This document shows, one piece after another, positions 43,638-58,600 of a stretch of 64,000 bases of DNA. The notes below the pieces were generated by a model, which saw only the letters and a program-made list of their open reading frames with translations, did no database searches and was not told the origin of the DNA. This DNA comes from Antedon mediterranea (taxonomy: Eukaryota > Animalia > Echinodermata), in contig NC_092674.1 in NCBI RefSeq assembly GCF_964355755.1, positions 23,746,001 through 23,810,000 on the forward strand, in the 5' to 3' direction. Each line of letters starts with the position of its first letter. Position 1 is the first letter of the stretch. The position numbers were made by a program, and so were the translations under genes.

Positions 43638-46600
43638 ATTTGGCAGTCTTGGTGAATGTCACTTCTTTGGACAGCGACTTACAGATTTCAAATCCAACAC
43701 ACATGTCAGTGTTTTGTGCAGGAGATGGCACCTTCTATGTTGTTGTTTCTGGAACGGATGGTGTTAATTTGGTAACCAAGGTCTTTGAACATGATGAGGT
43801 AAAGTTTGCAAGCGAGCGTAAACAAAAGATTGGCCTACATTCATCACCAGCCAATTCCCTGTCATCACTGTACGGTTAAACAATTTGAACCACAGTGTAT
43901 GAGCATAGGCACACTGCCTACTCGACAGTGGTGTAATGGCTATGAGCGCTCACTGGCTAAACCCAGCAGCCCCGGAGCTATTGGAGGCCCCTGAGCAGTG
44001 TCCATAGAATAAAACTGGCATTAAAATATGCCGAATAGCTAGGCTAAAAACGCCTGAGGCCTCCAGCACTGGAACTTGAGGGGCCACTTAGGTTTCCTAA
44101 ACCAGGGGCCTCAGACCTCTGCTTTGCACCTTTGTGCCCACTTTTATCACCACCGTTTTATTGTGATGTTACTAATCTAGGCCGGGTAGGGGATTTAATT
44201 TTCCGATATAAAATTATGTCAAGTATGTTATTAACATGCTTTAGTAGTAAATTTAACTTATTATATTGTTGGACTTTTCATTTGTCTTCACAACGCGTCA
44301 ACAACAACAAAACATCAGACGATCAAAAATAATTTTACGAAAATCGTGTATTGTCAGTTAGTCTAATGAATTGTATCAATTTGTTTATGCTACACTAGGT
44401 TGCGGGAAGATACGATGAGGTCCAGTCATTTATTACCCCTACTTTGAAAGACTTGGAAACGTTGACCATGACACATGGTGACTCCTACATGGTTTTAACT
44501 GAAATAACAGGTTTTGTATATTTTATTGTAATTTTCTCCTCCTCCTGGATAAGAATACTATAATTGATAACCAAGATATAAAGCTACTCAAAAAAGTGAT
44601 TCACCATGCAGAGGTACTCCAAAATATGTTGCAATATTGGCCAATCAAATATCACATGATCAAACCCCTACTCATTCATTTCACAAGATAGTGTCCCCTG
44701 CCCCTCCCACCCCCGGGATATTATAAATATATGATTATGATATAGTAAAAAAAATGTTACATCTTTAGGCCAATTTATACAGTCAAGCGGTAAAGAAATA
44801 AACATTCTATAGTTTTATTACCATTAACTAATCTTATTCCTTATGACCATTTACACACGACTTAAAGCGTATGGGCAGTTTCCGCTCAGGATAGATACAT
44901 ATTCTACATGGGACAAGCTACGCGGTTTTCAGCCTACTGTTGACATTTATAGCCTAAAGGCAAAAATAAACATAATTTAATTGTATGTGTGGCGTTGATT
45001 AATAATAAAAAAAAAATTGATTGGATTTTTCTTATTGCATTCAGTTTGTAGGTTTGTTTCTACATGTACTGTAATCTACAAGTTCAACTTGGCAACCAAA
45101 CAGTTTGAGATTGTGCAGGAGATACCGTCCGCAGGGGCAATAGATTTGGAAGCCTTTGAACTTGATGATGAGTGGTGTCTTGTGGTAATCAACTCCCTAC
45201 CAAGAGTTAATGCTACAGATGAGGGTGTCGTGTATGAGTGGAGAGGTAATTTGCATATTTGTGTACTGTGACATGTGTACTGTATATGCAGAATTCTTAT
45301 TAAGGGGACATCTTCTCTTCAGGACACAACAAAGTTTCTCGTCAATATGCATATATTTCCCCTCATTTATTTCAAGTTGTGTTGTCCGACTGAAAAAACA
45401 ATTCTTACAATTATTTTTTTTTTAATATACCATTTTAATGTTTACATATAATAGTTATCCACTTTGACAAAAAATTGGATCCAAAAAAAAAATTTTCCCT
45501 AAAATTGGTTGAATTTAACCATCTATTGTCAAACATTTTTTTTTTCTTACTAATTAATCTTTAATTAATGTTTTTGGGGGAAAATACATCTTTCACAGGA
45601 AGGTGTTCTCTTAGTAGGGGTGTCCAAGAAGAGAGTTCTACGGTATAAATTATAAAAAAGCATACATCTTAAATTTCCGGTACGCTGCTGCAAAATAAGA
45701 TTTAAGAATATTTTGAATTGATTTTTTTCTTTCAGAGGGTCATTCCATCTCAGATCACCCAATGAGTTAAACCCTACCTCTTCCAATTTTGATGAAATTT
45801 GGTATATGGGTGATTCATAGCAATTAAAGCCAAAATTTCAAATTTTAACTTTATTGGACCAACGGTTTTCGAGATATCGCAATTTCAATTTTCGGTTTTT
45901 ACGCAAAAAAGGGCGCGTCCGCCACGTTTCAAAGAGCTGTATCTCGGGAACTATAGGTTCGATTTTAAAAGCAAAGGTATTTTTGTAAAGGGGAGACCAT
46001 AAGGAATCTAAATATACTAATTGTGTGTGTTTTATGTTAATTTTAAGTTGAATAAAACTTTGACATATATTTTGACCTTGAAATTGACCCCGTGGAACAC
46101 GCCCGTTTTGTTGGTGACTATCATGAAAAATGTAGCCCTACGTGTCAACTACAACATATACAAAAATTGGAGGGGTTTTTTTCTTTGTTTCCATGAAATT
46201 ACAATTTGAAGTTGACATACCTCTTCCTTTTAGTGTATTTTTGGTGTCTGTCCATGCATTACTTCAATGTCAATTTGATGTATTCCAAAATTAATTTTAT
46301 TTACAAACTAAATATTATTATAATGTTACAATTGTCTATGTCTGGCCTTTACTCCTTGTCATCTGGACAATTCAAACAGTATTTAGAAATGTTGTGGCGA
46401 TCATTTTGGGAAATACTGTAATTCCTAGTCGAAGAGGATTTTATAAACGGAGAGGATTTTATAAACGGAGAGGCTATAATACAATGTACATTTGATTCAG
46501 GAATCCAACAACAGTCTTCTTTGGACGGCCAATAAAAGGTTTTCGCTGACCCATGAGGATGCATAAATTTAATTTGAAAATCCCCAAACTCTTCTGAGAG

Positions 46601-49600
46601 TGAGACATCCACCACCAAACCAATCCATGGGACACCATCATAACTACAGCACACAAAATTCTGAAGTCTAATAATGGTGGGTTGTGTATCAGCAACAATT
46701 TCATTTTCATCACTGAAAGATTCTTGAATCACTACCACATCCGGAGGGTTTATCTGGGTACTAAGTTTGTAGACCTGCATCTGTGCCAGAGAAACGGGAA
46801 CAAAGCGATGATATTGTAATGTACCCTTGATGGTCTGGGCGAGGTTGAATCTCGGCTTTATTTCTTTTTCTACAGTAGATACCTCATCTATTCCCACATG
46901 AAAAAAGTTGATGCCTGGAATGTCCATATGAGCGAGTCATATGGCCGAGCGGTTAAGGCAGGGGCGCCGTTTACCGTACCTAAAAGACAACAACATCGGC
47001 AAGGGTTCGAGGCCGACTCGCTCCTCTCTTCAAGTCTTCTCGGATAAGGACTATAAACCATAGTCCAGTGTACACAGTTATAACATGTGTGTACTTTAAA
47101 GGACCCAGTTCATTATTCGAAAAAGAGTAGGGGGTTACCCCGGTGAACTGGTTCACACAATAGCCCCTGTATCAGGGGGATTACCACCTATCTGATAGGA
47201 CAGTGACTAATTCACTATTGATAATCCTTGGCCACATTGCCTAAAGACATAAAATAGAAATAAAAAATTACACAGTAGTCGAACATACTGAGAGATGTGA
47301 TAATATGACATTCAGTCAAACGCTGTAAGCTTCTCTTAGTGACAAGCCTCTTAACTGTTCCACCTATGCCATCACACGCACTCTTGCCATGTGATGTAGC
47401 GAAAAAATTCCACTCGGCGTCTAAACCAAAATCTTCCTGGTAGTGGCAAAGGTTAATAAAGTAATATTTGTTTTTGTATTGGCCGCCACATCCATCTGTG
47501 AAATAATGAACTTTTTTCATGGTTGGTAGTTTTGTTTTTATATAGGGGATGACAACCTTTAAAAAGGCATATACAGTAACTGTTGTATGTTCTCTGCAAT
47601 CACTTATTATGCATATGTTAATGTGCATAATAACATAGTAAGGACACTAAACTATGTGTCAAAATTGATTTGAAAAGTATGTGAGTTACCCAGTATTTCT
47701 CATATCAAAATACATCTACTGTTTAAGTGGGCCTGATGAGAAAGCGTAACAATAAGACACCTTAACAGTTAGTGTTCACACTGTGTATAAGTATAACAAC
47801 ACCAAAAATACACTAAAAGGAAGAGGTATGTCAACTTCAAATTGTAATTTCATGGAAACAAAGAAAAAAACCCCTCCAATTTTTTTATATGTTGTAGTTG
47901 ACACGTAGGGCTACATTTTTCGTGATAGTCACCAACAAATCGGGCGTGTTCCACGGGGTCAATTTCAAGGTCAAAATATATGTCAAAGTTTCAACTTAAA
48001 ATTAACATAAAACAAACACAATTAGTATATTTAGGTTCCTTATGGTCTCCCCTTTACAAAAATACCTTTGTTTTTAAAATCGAACCTATAGTTCCCGAGA
48101 TACAGCTCTTTGAAACGTGGCGGCCGCGCGCTTTTTTGCGTAAAAACCGAAAATTGAAATTGCGATATCTCGAAAACCGTTGGTCCGATAAAGTTAAAAT
48201 TTGAAATGTTGGCTTTAATTGCTATGAATCACCCATATACCAAATTTCATCAAAATTGGAAGAGGTAGGGTTTAAAATTCCATTTTTTTTGGGTGAACTG
48301 AGATGGAATGACCCCAAACACTGGAAGACCTTAGGCCTACATCTCTAGCAATGAACATTGATGCCTGCCAATTTCTTTAACCTTACTTAATTAATTAATT
48401 TGTATTAGGTTACAACTTTGATGAAGTTTGCGATTTTCCCGTTAATCAATTCATCGTTGATGTCTGTTCGTTCACCATTCACAACCTCAAGTTTATCGCA
48501 CTCGCCAGTAATGATCTATACATCAGACGTGTATCGGAAATCCTGAGGTTCAGCCCCAATGCTGAGGATTTTGTCCACCATCAGTATATCTACGTGGAGG
48601 GCGCCCTTGACTTTGAATTCTTCACCTTTGGCGTGGGGATCGATCAAGAATTCTTTCTGGCTTTGGCTATCAATAAGTTGAGATTAGATGGTAAGCAACA
48701 TTAGATTTCCTCATCCTTATTGTTTCATGGTATTGACCAACCCAAACATCTTGAAACCTTCAGAGACAGTTTTTTATATAAAGCTCCGTCTTTGCTGAAT
48801 GCACTACCCATCAAAATTCGTAACTCTCGACTAAAAAAATATCTCACCCCTAAATATGTTAGAGCTAGGCACTGTCCCTGAGGGTTTCAAAATTTTTATA
48901 TATATTCTTTTATATACATAACTTTATTTTTATTATATATATTTATATTTAAGTTGGTCACTTCGTTTGTTTTCCTTTTTCTCGTCTTTTTGTATTTGTT
49001 ATCGTTCCCGTTTTTTAAGTGTTGAGGGCCTTCTGCATGTCAGCCCCGGATGTTTTGAGTCACCCTCATTAAACAAAGTTTAATAAAAAAAAAAAAAACA
49101 TGAAGCAGCACAATACATAATTAACAATCATAGGTTCATGATAAACCCAAATTAACTTTGCAAAATTTGAGAATTTTGTAATATTTTGATATAAAACGCT
49201 GAACTATGAATTCGCCACGAACCATTTCCGAAGCTATGCAAATAGTCGTGACGTAGAGACAATCAAGCAGAAAGCCAAGCGCGAGCTGTCAGCAGGAAAT
49301 GCAATATTAGCTAGCACTAGGATGTCAACATGTATCGTGTACGATTTTGACAGTTTTCAAATTAATTCAATTTCAGTATCATCACGGTTTAGAATTAATT
49401 TTCTGTGCCAGCTGTTTATATATTTATTTGAATAAATTTGTGAGGGTGTTCATTGTTCAGAACAGTTTTTAGGGGGCATTTATCCTTTTGGGTGTAAAAT
49501 GGTAGTATATACTAAAAATAAAACTCTTGATAAAAAAAAAATCACAATTAATATTAAGAAGTGATACTAGATAGTACAAATTTGAGGTTGTTCATTCAAA

Positions 49601-52600
49601 GTTGTTTCATCAGTCAGCTACCTAATAATGTTTATATTTTACTTTTATACAGTAGGCCTAAAACTATGCAAACAGGATATATATACTATCATCTTTTCAA
49701 ATACTTTTTATTGGCCTGATATATTGTACCTCAACATTTCTCTCATTCGCATAATAGCCTGTTGTGGTATGTGTTTACAATTTTTTTTTTCTCAACTATT
49801 AGATGAGCAATCAATTATTTACAAATATTACAAAGGTCGATTTGAGATATTTCAGTACATCAAGGCCAACTTGGCTCGGAAATGGCACACTATCACATCA
49901 CCAGATGGTCAATTTCAGCTACTGGTCCTGTCAAGTAGTTCCACAGCAAGGTTTTTTTTCTATGATGGCTGGTGCTTCCGAGAGGTCACCTACCAACCAT
50001 ATTGGGATCCAATACCAGCCAGCATAATGGATTTCACTTCACATACCATCAATGACACTGTTTATCTGAGCATTGCACGATTCCAAAACAGTATCCATGA
50101 AACAAATGTTTATATGTTGGAATTTGAGCAGGAAAATCCTGTAGAGGACTTGCACAACCGTGCGTTGGCAGCTATCGAAAAGGCAGAACATCTTCTAAAT
50201 GAAAGCAACACTTTAATTGCTAAAGTAGAAGATCAAATGGAAAATCTTGTAATGTTGGATACTTTGGAAGAACAAGTCATTAATAGTTTAAAAACCTTCA
50301 ATGCTTCCGTTAATAGAATTAGATCCCTTGACGCTAATATTTGTAAGTATCTAAACTTTATGTGACAAAAAAAATGTGATGTGCCCATATATGGACATAA
50401 TGATGTCATATCACTGCCATATTTAAGCATATCACTACCACATTTGGGCACATCACACTTTTTTATCAAAATTTTTCTACAGGAGATACTGCAACTCTGT
50501 AATTCTTTAGCAATACAGTTTAATGCAGTGACTGTCTTTCAACAAACTGAATTCATCATACATTACTGGAGTAAAAATGTGTAGTTACTGCAGTAAAATA
50601 ATTATCACTTATTACCGTCAACTCTCCCATTTTCTCAAAAGTTTGCTTTTCAAACAGAAAAAAATAAGAATTTTTTGTTTTAGTTGTTGAGGATAGTTCA
50701 CTATCTCTATGGTTACTACTGAATCTACTCAATAAAAAAAATATTACATTTCAGTGCATGGTTATAGGGGATCAATTTTTAATGAAGATGAAGATGACAT
50801 TTTCAGAGAACTTGCAGATAACTTAACTGAAAGGTGGCCAGAAGTTCAAGAAATTGTCGATCTGTTGCCAACATTTTTAAGGTTGTCTGGAGATGATCAA
50901 TATGTGACAGGTACAGGTCAATTGCATTCTATTCTCAGTACCTATTTAAATGTTAGTGCTCATAAACCCATATCCTCATTGCTAGCCCACTGATTATCAT
51001 CATTAAGCAACAGCTTTTCACTAGCCTACCAGAAAGATGACAGTTATTAGATAGTGTACACCTGGCTTGCAATATTTAAATGAAAACCGAATAAATTTGT
51101 CTCCTTTCAGGACAAAAGAATTTTGAAGCACTAACAGCTGAGACAGTTGTCAGTAGTTCGGTCACGGTAGAATTGGACTTGATCAATGATCACATCAATA
51201 TTTCAGAGCTTGATTCAGACATTGTACAAACTGACAAATCTCTGGTGAGAACTAAAAATAATGATTATGCCAAGTCAAGTGGCTGAGCGGTTAAACATGG
51301 GCACCACAAACATAAAGTACAGGTTCAGGGCTCTTCTAGACCATAGTTCATGTTCCAGGACTGTTTATGTTATCAATTCAAAATACTCACTTTAAATCGG
51401 ACCCAAAAGTTTTTTTTGCTCAAGCACCATTGATTTGAAATCTTCACTTTATTTAGGTTATTGAAGTGCCATTGACAATAATGGGAGAACTGACTGTTGG
51501 TAACCATCTTGATACCTATGGTCTAGTAGATGGAGTATATTTGGATAATCTTGTTTTGAAGGATGAGGATCGAGTCATTAAGGCCACTAAAACATTCACA
51601 AATGGTTTGAACATTCAAGGTAAAATACAATATTTAAAAAACTAAATGACTTCCACTACTGTGGCCCTATTCATCAATCGCACTTAAGTGAGATATTGAA
51701 TCAAACTTAAGTGAGATATTCAATCAAACTTAAGTGAGATATTCAATCAAACTTAAGTGAGATATTCAATCATCAGTAAGTGAAGTACTGTATTTCACTT
51801 AACTCACTAAATAGCATTAACCTTAAATTGTATTCACTTAGATAGGAGTTTTTTCTTAATTTTAAGGGTGGTTAGCCGAAGTGTGAATGGTGAATACGGC
51901 CACTGTTCTCTACTTTAAAAAGGCCACTAATTAGGCCTACTGCTGCTGTAAATGTGTGTCCTGGTCATGGGCCCTGTGTAGCTGTGTATCGTTTAGTGGT
52001 AATATATATATAGCACTGATGAAGGGCTAGCGTTGCCCGAAAGCTCTGCTAACTTTTCTGGCTGTTTTACTTCTCGTTTTGATTTAGCTTTTTGATTTTA
52101 TTTTGTATCTCCATTGAGATCCAGCCACTGATACCCACATCATTGTCATTTTTTCAGTAATTTGCCTTTGGATTTATATATTATATAATATAAATAATAT
52201 TTATTCGGTCACCAATGAAAGAAATTAAATTTTTGTTGACATCGTTCTACAAATTTTTTAGGTGATCTGTGGTCAAATGGAACGGTTGATGGCGTCCACA
52301 TCAGCGATGACGACCTACTACTTATCAATGGTGATCAGCATTTCTCTGGTCACATGACAGTTGATGGCAGTATGTTCTTCTACGATGACGTTGAAGTTGG
52401 GTCGCTTTATGACATTGATCTGGACGAGTTACAAGAATATGCAATCTTCAAAGAGAAATCGAACGACACGTGTATATTTACAGGTATAGTGTTTACTCTA
52501 TTCTGAAAAATAGTCACATGTTGTGTCTGCTTTACCTTGAACACAATCAGTGCAATAGGAGACTAAATAGATAGTGATTAAGTTGGCTTTTTAGGAATCT

Positions 52601-55600
52601 TGTCTCTGTCTGGTTTTGTGTGATGTGATGAAACAAAATTTAAGCTACCAATTTTATGTTATTTTAATATGCAATTTAACTGCAAATGTTTGTCCCAAAT
52701 TATCATATTGTAAGAAATATATATAAAGTTATCAAACCTATTTTTTTACCTCTAAGATTAACTTTGTTTCAAATTTTATTTAATACGCATCCAACAGCGA
52801 GCAACTTGCCAATTATAGGATGGATAACTAATTTATAATTTAACATGCTTATAAACTGTGTCTCATCTGAGGCTTAGAGAGTGGAGTTAAAAGAGTTGTG
52901 AATTACAAATCAATAGCAATAGGTCAGGATTGAACCCCGGACCTTGGGATTTTAAGGCAAGCAGCATGTTAACCGCCAATCTTCAGCTCCACTACTAATC
53001 AAAATCTTACTCAGCAACAACGGTTTTGTTCAATGTTTTTCTCATAAAGACTATAAAGTGTTCCTGGGAGATGCAGTTGCAGAAGATTCTGTTAGTATTT
53101 GGGCAAATCGCACTATTGATGATGTCAACATTCGAGAATTTGAGACCACAACCATGCAACCGGATGTAGAATACAATATAACAGGTGAACAAATATACAC
53201 AGTGGAACCCCTATTAAAGGGACACATTCGGGACAAAATAGTGTCTCCTTCATGGGAGTGTCCCCTGAATAGGGGTTGGCCATAGTGTTAAAACATATAT
53301 TTCCCCTCAATCCTGTCATATGAAAGTGTCCCCGTGATAGGAATGTCACCTGAATAGTGGTGTCCCAAAGGATAGGTTCTATTGAGAACCGAACCCCTAA
53401 ATAAAAGAGACACCTTTAGACCCAACAGTGTCTCTCATGTGTTCTACTATCTATATATTGTTTAACTTGTTTAATTATTAAAGAAATATCTGGCTAACTG
53501 TTAAATGCAAAGTAATAATGAAAATATAGAGTAAAGATAAAATATCAAAAACCTATTATTATTGTTGTTTCAGGGCCAATAATTGTTACTGGCAATATAA
53601 CCGTAGAAGGAGAGCTGTATGTGAATGGTTCTGTTGATGGGCTTAGGATTCCTGAAGATGTTGTGTTTATTAACAGCTCGGAGACCCAACAGCTAGACGG
53701 AAAACTCAACTTTTCTTCCAATGTTTTCATTGATGTTATACATGTATTAAAGAGTATTGATGGTGTACTAAGTAATTTAGGTATCAATTTTAAAATTTGT
53801 GTTTGATGATGTAAGGTGATTTCTTTTGAAATGTTTATGCTACTACTACAGGTAGGGGTCTATACAATGAATGTTTATAAGTGAAATGAAATTATTTATA
53901 CCATTTATTGAGTATAAAACATTATTGGTTTTATAACACGCCTACCTTTAACTAGACCAAGTCATAAAACTATACGAAGAGGCAGCGCTCTAAATTTAGT
54001 AAAACAATTACTACAGGTTGATTGAACGTGATCTGTCAACAACAGCCTAGTGCGTATGATTGCTCACTCTCCGTGTAACAAAAATGAACTCGCAAAACAA
54101 AGTTGCAGTACTCGATTTACATAACAAAGCACACTGGTGCTATATCACATGTAGTTTTATATCATGTTACCACAATCATCCAATCAAATGAATCGAATTG
54201 GGTGTGTTATGCTCAACAATCAACTCAAAGGTTCAGTATTATTTGAGTGAAACAATCGCTATTATACGATTTCCGTTGGCACAGAGTAACAGTAATGTCA
54301 TTAGTGGATAAGTCTGAGGTCAAAGTCAATATAGTGTTTTTCAAGATGGTTGGTCTGCTGAACTCCATTATACAACAATAAAGACTAGGCAACACAATGA
54401 CGAAGAATAATATCTGAATTGATTTCTTTAGGGCAAAATGGAGACGATCTTGACATACTTCTGACAACTGGTGGACAAATAGTCAGCGGTGACCCAGAGT
54501 TTGCAAACGACCTTTTAATCCATGGTAATGTCTCTGTAAGTTATACATTAGGTGGAGTACCAGTAGAATTGCTAGAGGTCGTTGTTACCAATGATGACAT
54601 GCAGATTATACATGGTAAATAAAATATTTATATTTGTTTTCTCCAATTGATTCAATATAATTCAATTCTGGATTTCGTGTGCACTTTAAAGAATCAAGTA
54701 CATCTTCCAGAAAGGTAGTGGGTTACCTGGTGCATTCAAACAAACGGGCACCGCTTGGTGGCAGCACTCGACACGAAGGGACCCATAAGGGAGTAGAAAG
54801 TTGGGATATGTGTCCTCCACACCTGTGTGCAATTCAGCCCAGTAAGCTGCAAGTCGCAGGTTATTCAACCCATTTACATTTACACATTCACAATATAAAT
54901 AACACCTATGCTAGGGACTCAAAAAGCGAGCTCAATCACTTTAGTGTTTTTTGTCAGTCAGTCTGTTACTCCTTTCTTTGGTTTGGGCGGGTTATGGATG
55001 AGGGAGTGTTTTGTTTTATATCATTTATAAAGAAAATAGCCACATTGTTGGTGGAATTGTGTGTGAAACTGCATACCCAATTATAGCACAACACAAGTAT
55101 AGAAAACACCTTTTTTTTTTCTCTTTTGTGGCGTGAACCACCACCTTTATTCTTTCATATCATAATTAAATACATTACAAATAAATCAGTAATATCTGTC
55201 TTCATATGTTCTTTCTTTAATTATATTGTTTTCCGTTAATATTCTACATTTTTCTTTATATTTTTCTGCTCAAAAAAAAATATCAGTAATTTTTGTAAAT
55301 TTTAGTTTTTCACATATTGTTTCCAATATTATCCTCCTGTTTTCATGTTTTCTTATATTTATTCACATTGTACACAGACACCCACAAATACATTAAATAT
55401 ATACATATACATACCGTATTGTTTCATACCTTGGTGTTTTAGTCCATGAATTTACCTTAGGACTTGGATAATGCTGGCCAGACTTGCATGTGAACGTACC
55501 CTTTATGATCGGTGATAATTTATCTTCTTTTTAAGGTGTTAAAACATTTACAAATACCGTAATAATGGAGCAAGATTTATGGGTTTTATTGATTAATGAC

Positions 55601-58600
55601 GTTGATATTAAAAATTTGAACAAACTCGCAATGAGAGCAGATGATGACATCATTTCAACAAATGCAAGCATCATTTTTCAAGGCCCAGTAAAGGTAATTT
55701 TATTTGTGTAATTTCATTTCAAGAAATTTCCTAAAATTTTGGAATTTGGTTTGGCCATCATGTTAAAGATGTATTGTCCCCCTGAAAAAAAATAATTCTT
55801 ACAATTGTTGAAGTCACTTATTTTGTCATTTTATAAGTGAAAACATTATTTTTTCCCAGTTTTTTCTACAGAAGTGATTAACTTTTATAACACTACAAAG
55901 TAACCAATTCAAAGTATGATTTAATTAATTGTTCATGTTTTTAGGGACAATACAGAGATGAAAAAAAATGTCACCTAATTAGCAATATACAGGCTATAAA
56001 ATAATTAGGAATTACGACATGTTTGATTGATCACTAAGTGTATCTGCTCTGTGAAGTTGTTTTTAGGGTCATTTTTATTAAGGGTCATTGTAGTGAATTT
56101 ACTAGCGTCGGTTCCGAGCGTATGCTTTCTCTGGCGTGTTAATCCATGAGACCGTACACAGACTAAAAGTGATTCCACATACAAAATCAGTACAGTATTA
56201 ATACAAAACAACTTTCTACCAGTCTAGACCTTTCATCTCTATACTCTATACGTCTTTCTATGATCTTCTCTTTTCTATACGTCTTTCTACTATGATCTTA
56301 TTTTCTCTTTTCTTCCTTAATATCTATAACATTTACTACTTATACTTGACATGCAAATTAGGGGCTTCTGAGGAGGATCAAATGTTGCTTTCCAAAAGTT
56401 TCCCACCAAAATTATACAATTCTGATTGACTCATAAATTAAGCAGACCTAGTCTGAAACATCCTTTATCAACTACAGGAAATCAGAAACGTACAGTAATA
56501 TTATGACAGTCATTTTTATTAAGGGTCATTTTTATTAAGGGTCATTTTGTTAAGGGTAATGTAGAAATTCATGGTTGATTTTACATTTTTAACAATTAAC
56601 ATAATTTACAATAAATGGAATGAATGTTCTCTGGGCTTTCAGAATTGCGATATGTTACTATTTACTACGTACATTTCAAAGTTTTTCCATTAATTAAAAT
56701 TTGTTAAAGATCTACACTTAACATGTTCAGCTACTGTAGTTTTGACTACTAAAACCAGTAATAATAATAGTTTATTCTTATATAGCACATATAAGCAAGC
56801 TCTCAATGCGCTGCACATTATTACCCCTCATTTTGAATGGAAACATACTCCCATTGTCAGCACAAAGTTGTCTCTTGATCTAACCACTACCCATTTTATA
56901 CATCTGGGTTTAGTTTAGTAAAGTGTCTTGCCTAAGAATAAGCAATGCAGTGAGAGTTGGATTTGAACCACAATCTCATGATCAGTAATCTAACACTGTG
57001 CCCTCACCCTCACTGTAATGCCACGTTTCCCACACTTGTATGCAAAAGACATGCTGATCTTTTAATATCATTATCGAAAATTGATAGATTCTTGAAGATT
57101 TGATAACACATGGATTCCACACTTTTAACGGAAAAGTTCTAGCTGATCTAGTTCATCTCAACAAAAACCGCTTTATTAGCGGTTGGAAAACCTTTGCAGA
57201 CGTTGACAGTACTTCTCATGTGATTGTGGATGGTCTGATTAATGACATCGACCTCTACAATTTATACAAGAGTGCTGTTGTCATGAATGCTTCAGGAACC
57301 GCATACCTTGAGGGCGACATCATATTTACATATGATTTGGATATTTATGGTTCCGTTATTGCACCACCGGAGATCAATGGTATTTAAAAAATTATTGTTT
57401 AAAATTTCTAAATAATAAAATGTCTCTACGTCAGGTTATCTATTTATAGATTTTTTTAACGTTTTGCTTTGCGTTCTGCCAAAGATTTATTTCTAATTTC
57501 TACACTGTTTAGAGCATGTTATTACTTGTGAGCAGGAGAATACGATTCTAAAAAAAAAGCCAACGTAAAGGGTCCACATAAAATCCACATAAAAAAGAAC
57601 CCTCTTAAACCAGTTTCTGTGGATAAATTTTAAGATGCATGTAACTGCGATCTCAATTTGACCTTACCTCAGAGAAACTCATGTCCCTCTATTTCTGTGG
57701 ATGATGTCATATATTAGAAACTGGCTGTACTTATATATATGTACAATACATATATTGCGTTTTTTATTTCTTATTTTTTTTTCCTTTTGTGACATATTAT
57801 ATATATTTGTAACATACTCATGATATAAAGTTTGCGGTACACTACAAATGTAGTTCTGAAAATAACTGTTCAGTGGTATGATCGAAACGTCAAGAAGCTC
57901 AACAGTTCTTTTCAGGAGTACATATTGTACATAGTACAGTACTGTATATCATTATATTGATTTTCGTCATGCCAATCTTCAAACAATATATTTAATAACA
58001 TACTTGCTCCATTCTTTATTTTAACCATTTTATATAGGCATTACTTTGACTGACATTGTAACTACAACAGGATCGCATATAATTACATCAAATGTCGCCT
58101 TCCTTGGAGATCAGACCGTTCTGGAGCTAGTAGTCTTGGGAGACATTTGGGTTGATGGTCTTGTAGATGGGGCTGACATCCAAGACCTTGATGAAAATAC
58201 ATTAAAAATCTATGGTAAAGTGGTCTGTTTTAAGCTCTGTCTACACTATCAAACCATGGAGAAATATATTTCTCCATGATCAAACAAAGAAAGTGTGATG
58301 TACCCAAATATGGTAGTGATGTCATCGTGTCTGCATATCTGCATAAAACTATGAAAAAAAATGGTAGTTTTACTTTACTGTAGTCTTTTTTTCATCCACT
58401 GTGAGGTATTACCTCTTAAAATTGTTGTTATGAAAGAATTTGTTGGATGGAGTCTGAGGTTCTTCATCACACTAAATCACTATAAATTGTAGTAGTTTGT
58501 ATTTCATGTTGAAGTAGCACAAAAAAATACTGCATGTAGAAATCTTGAATGTACTTGTTGTTTTTAAGCTAAGCTTGTTTCTTCTATATATGTAGAGGGT

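Larger units (their letters stand above)
45737..48314 (-). mobile_element. Internally deleted Sola2-type DNA transposon in an intron of the EPTP gene
   Basis: ~510-bp TIRs (45737-~46248 and ~47799-48314; GGGTCATTCCATCTCAG). Transposase C-terminal part with DGCGGQYKN and WNFFATSHGKSACDGIGGTVKR. TSD not evident. Superfamily call from recalled motif and long TIRs. Confidence 0.85.

Noticed and set aside
50684-50754. Upstream alternative acceptor suggesting a frameshifted or pseudogenised exon
   Set aside because: The acceptor ending at 50754 keeps the frame with no lesion. Pseudogene status cannot be supported without transcripts.
54679-55086. 135-aa ORF; also 58638-58844 and 58832-59038
   Set aside because: Read through SINE sequence in introns; no protein-family features.
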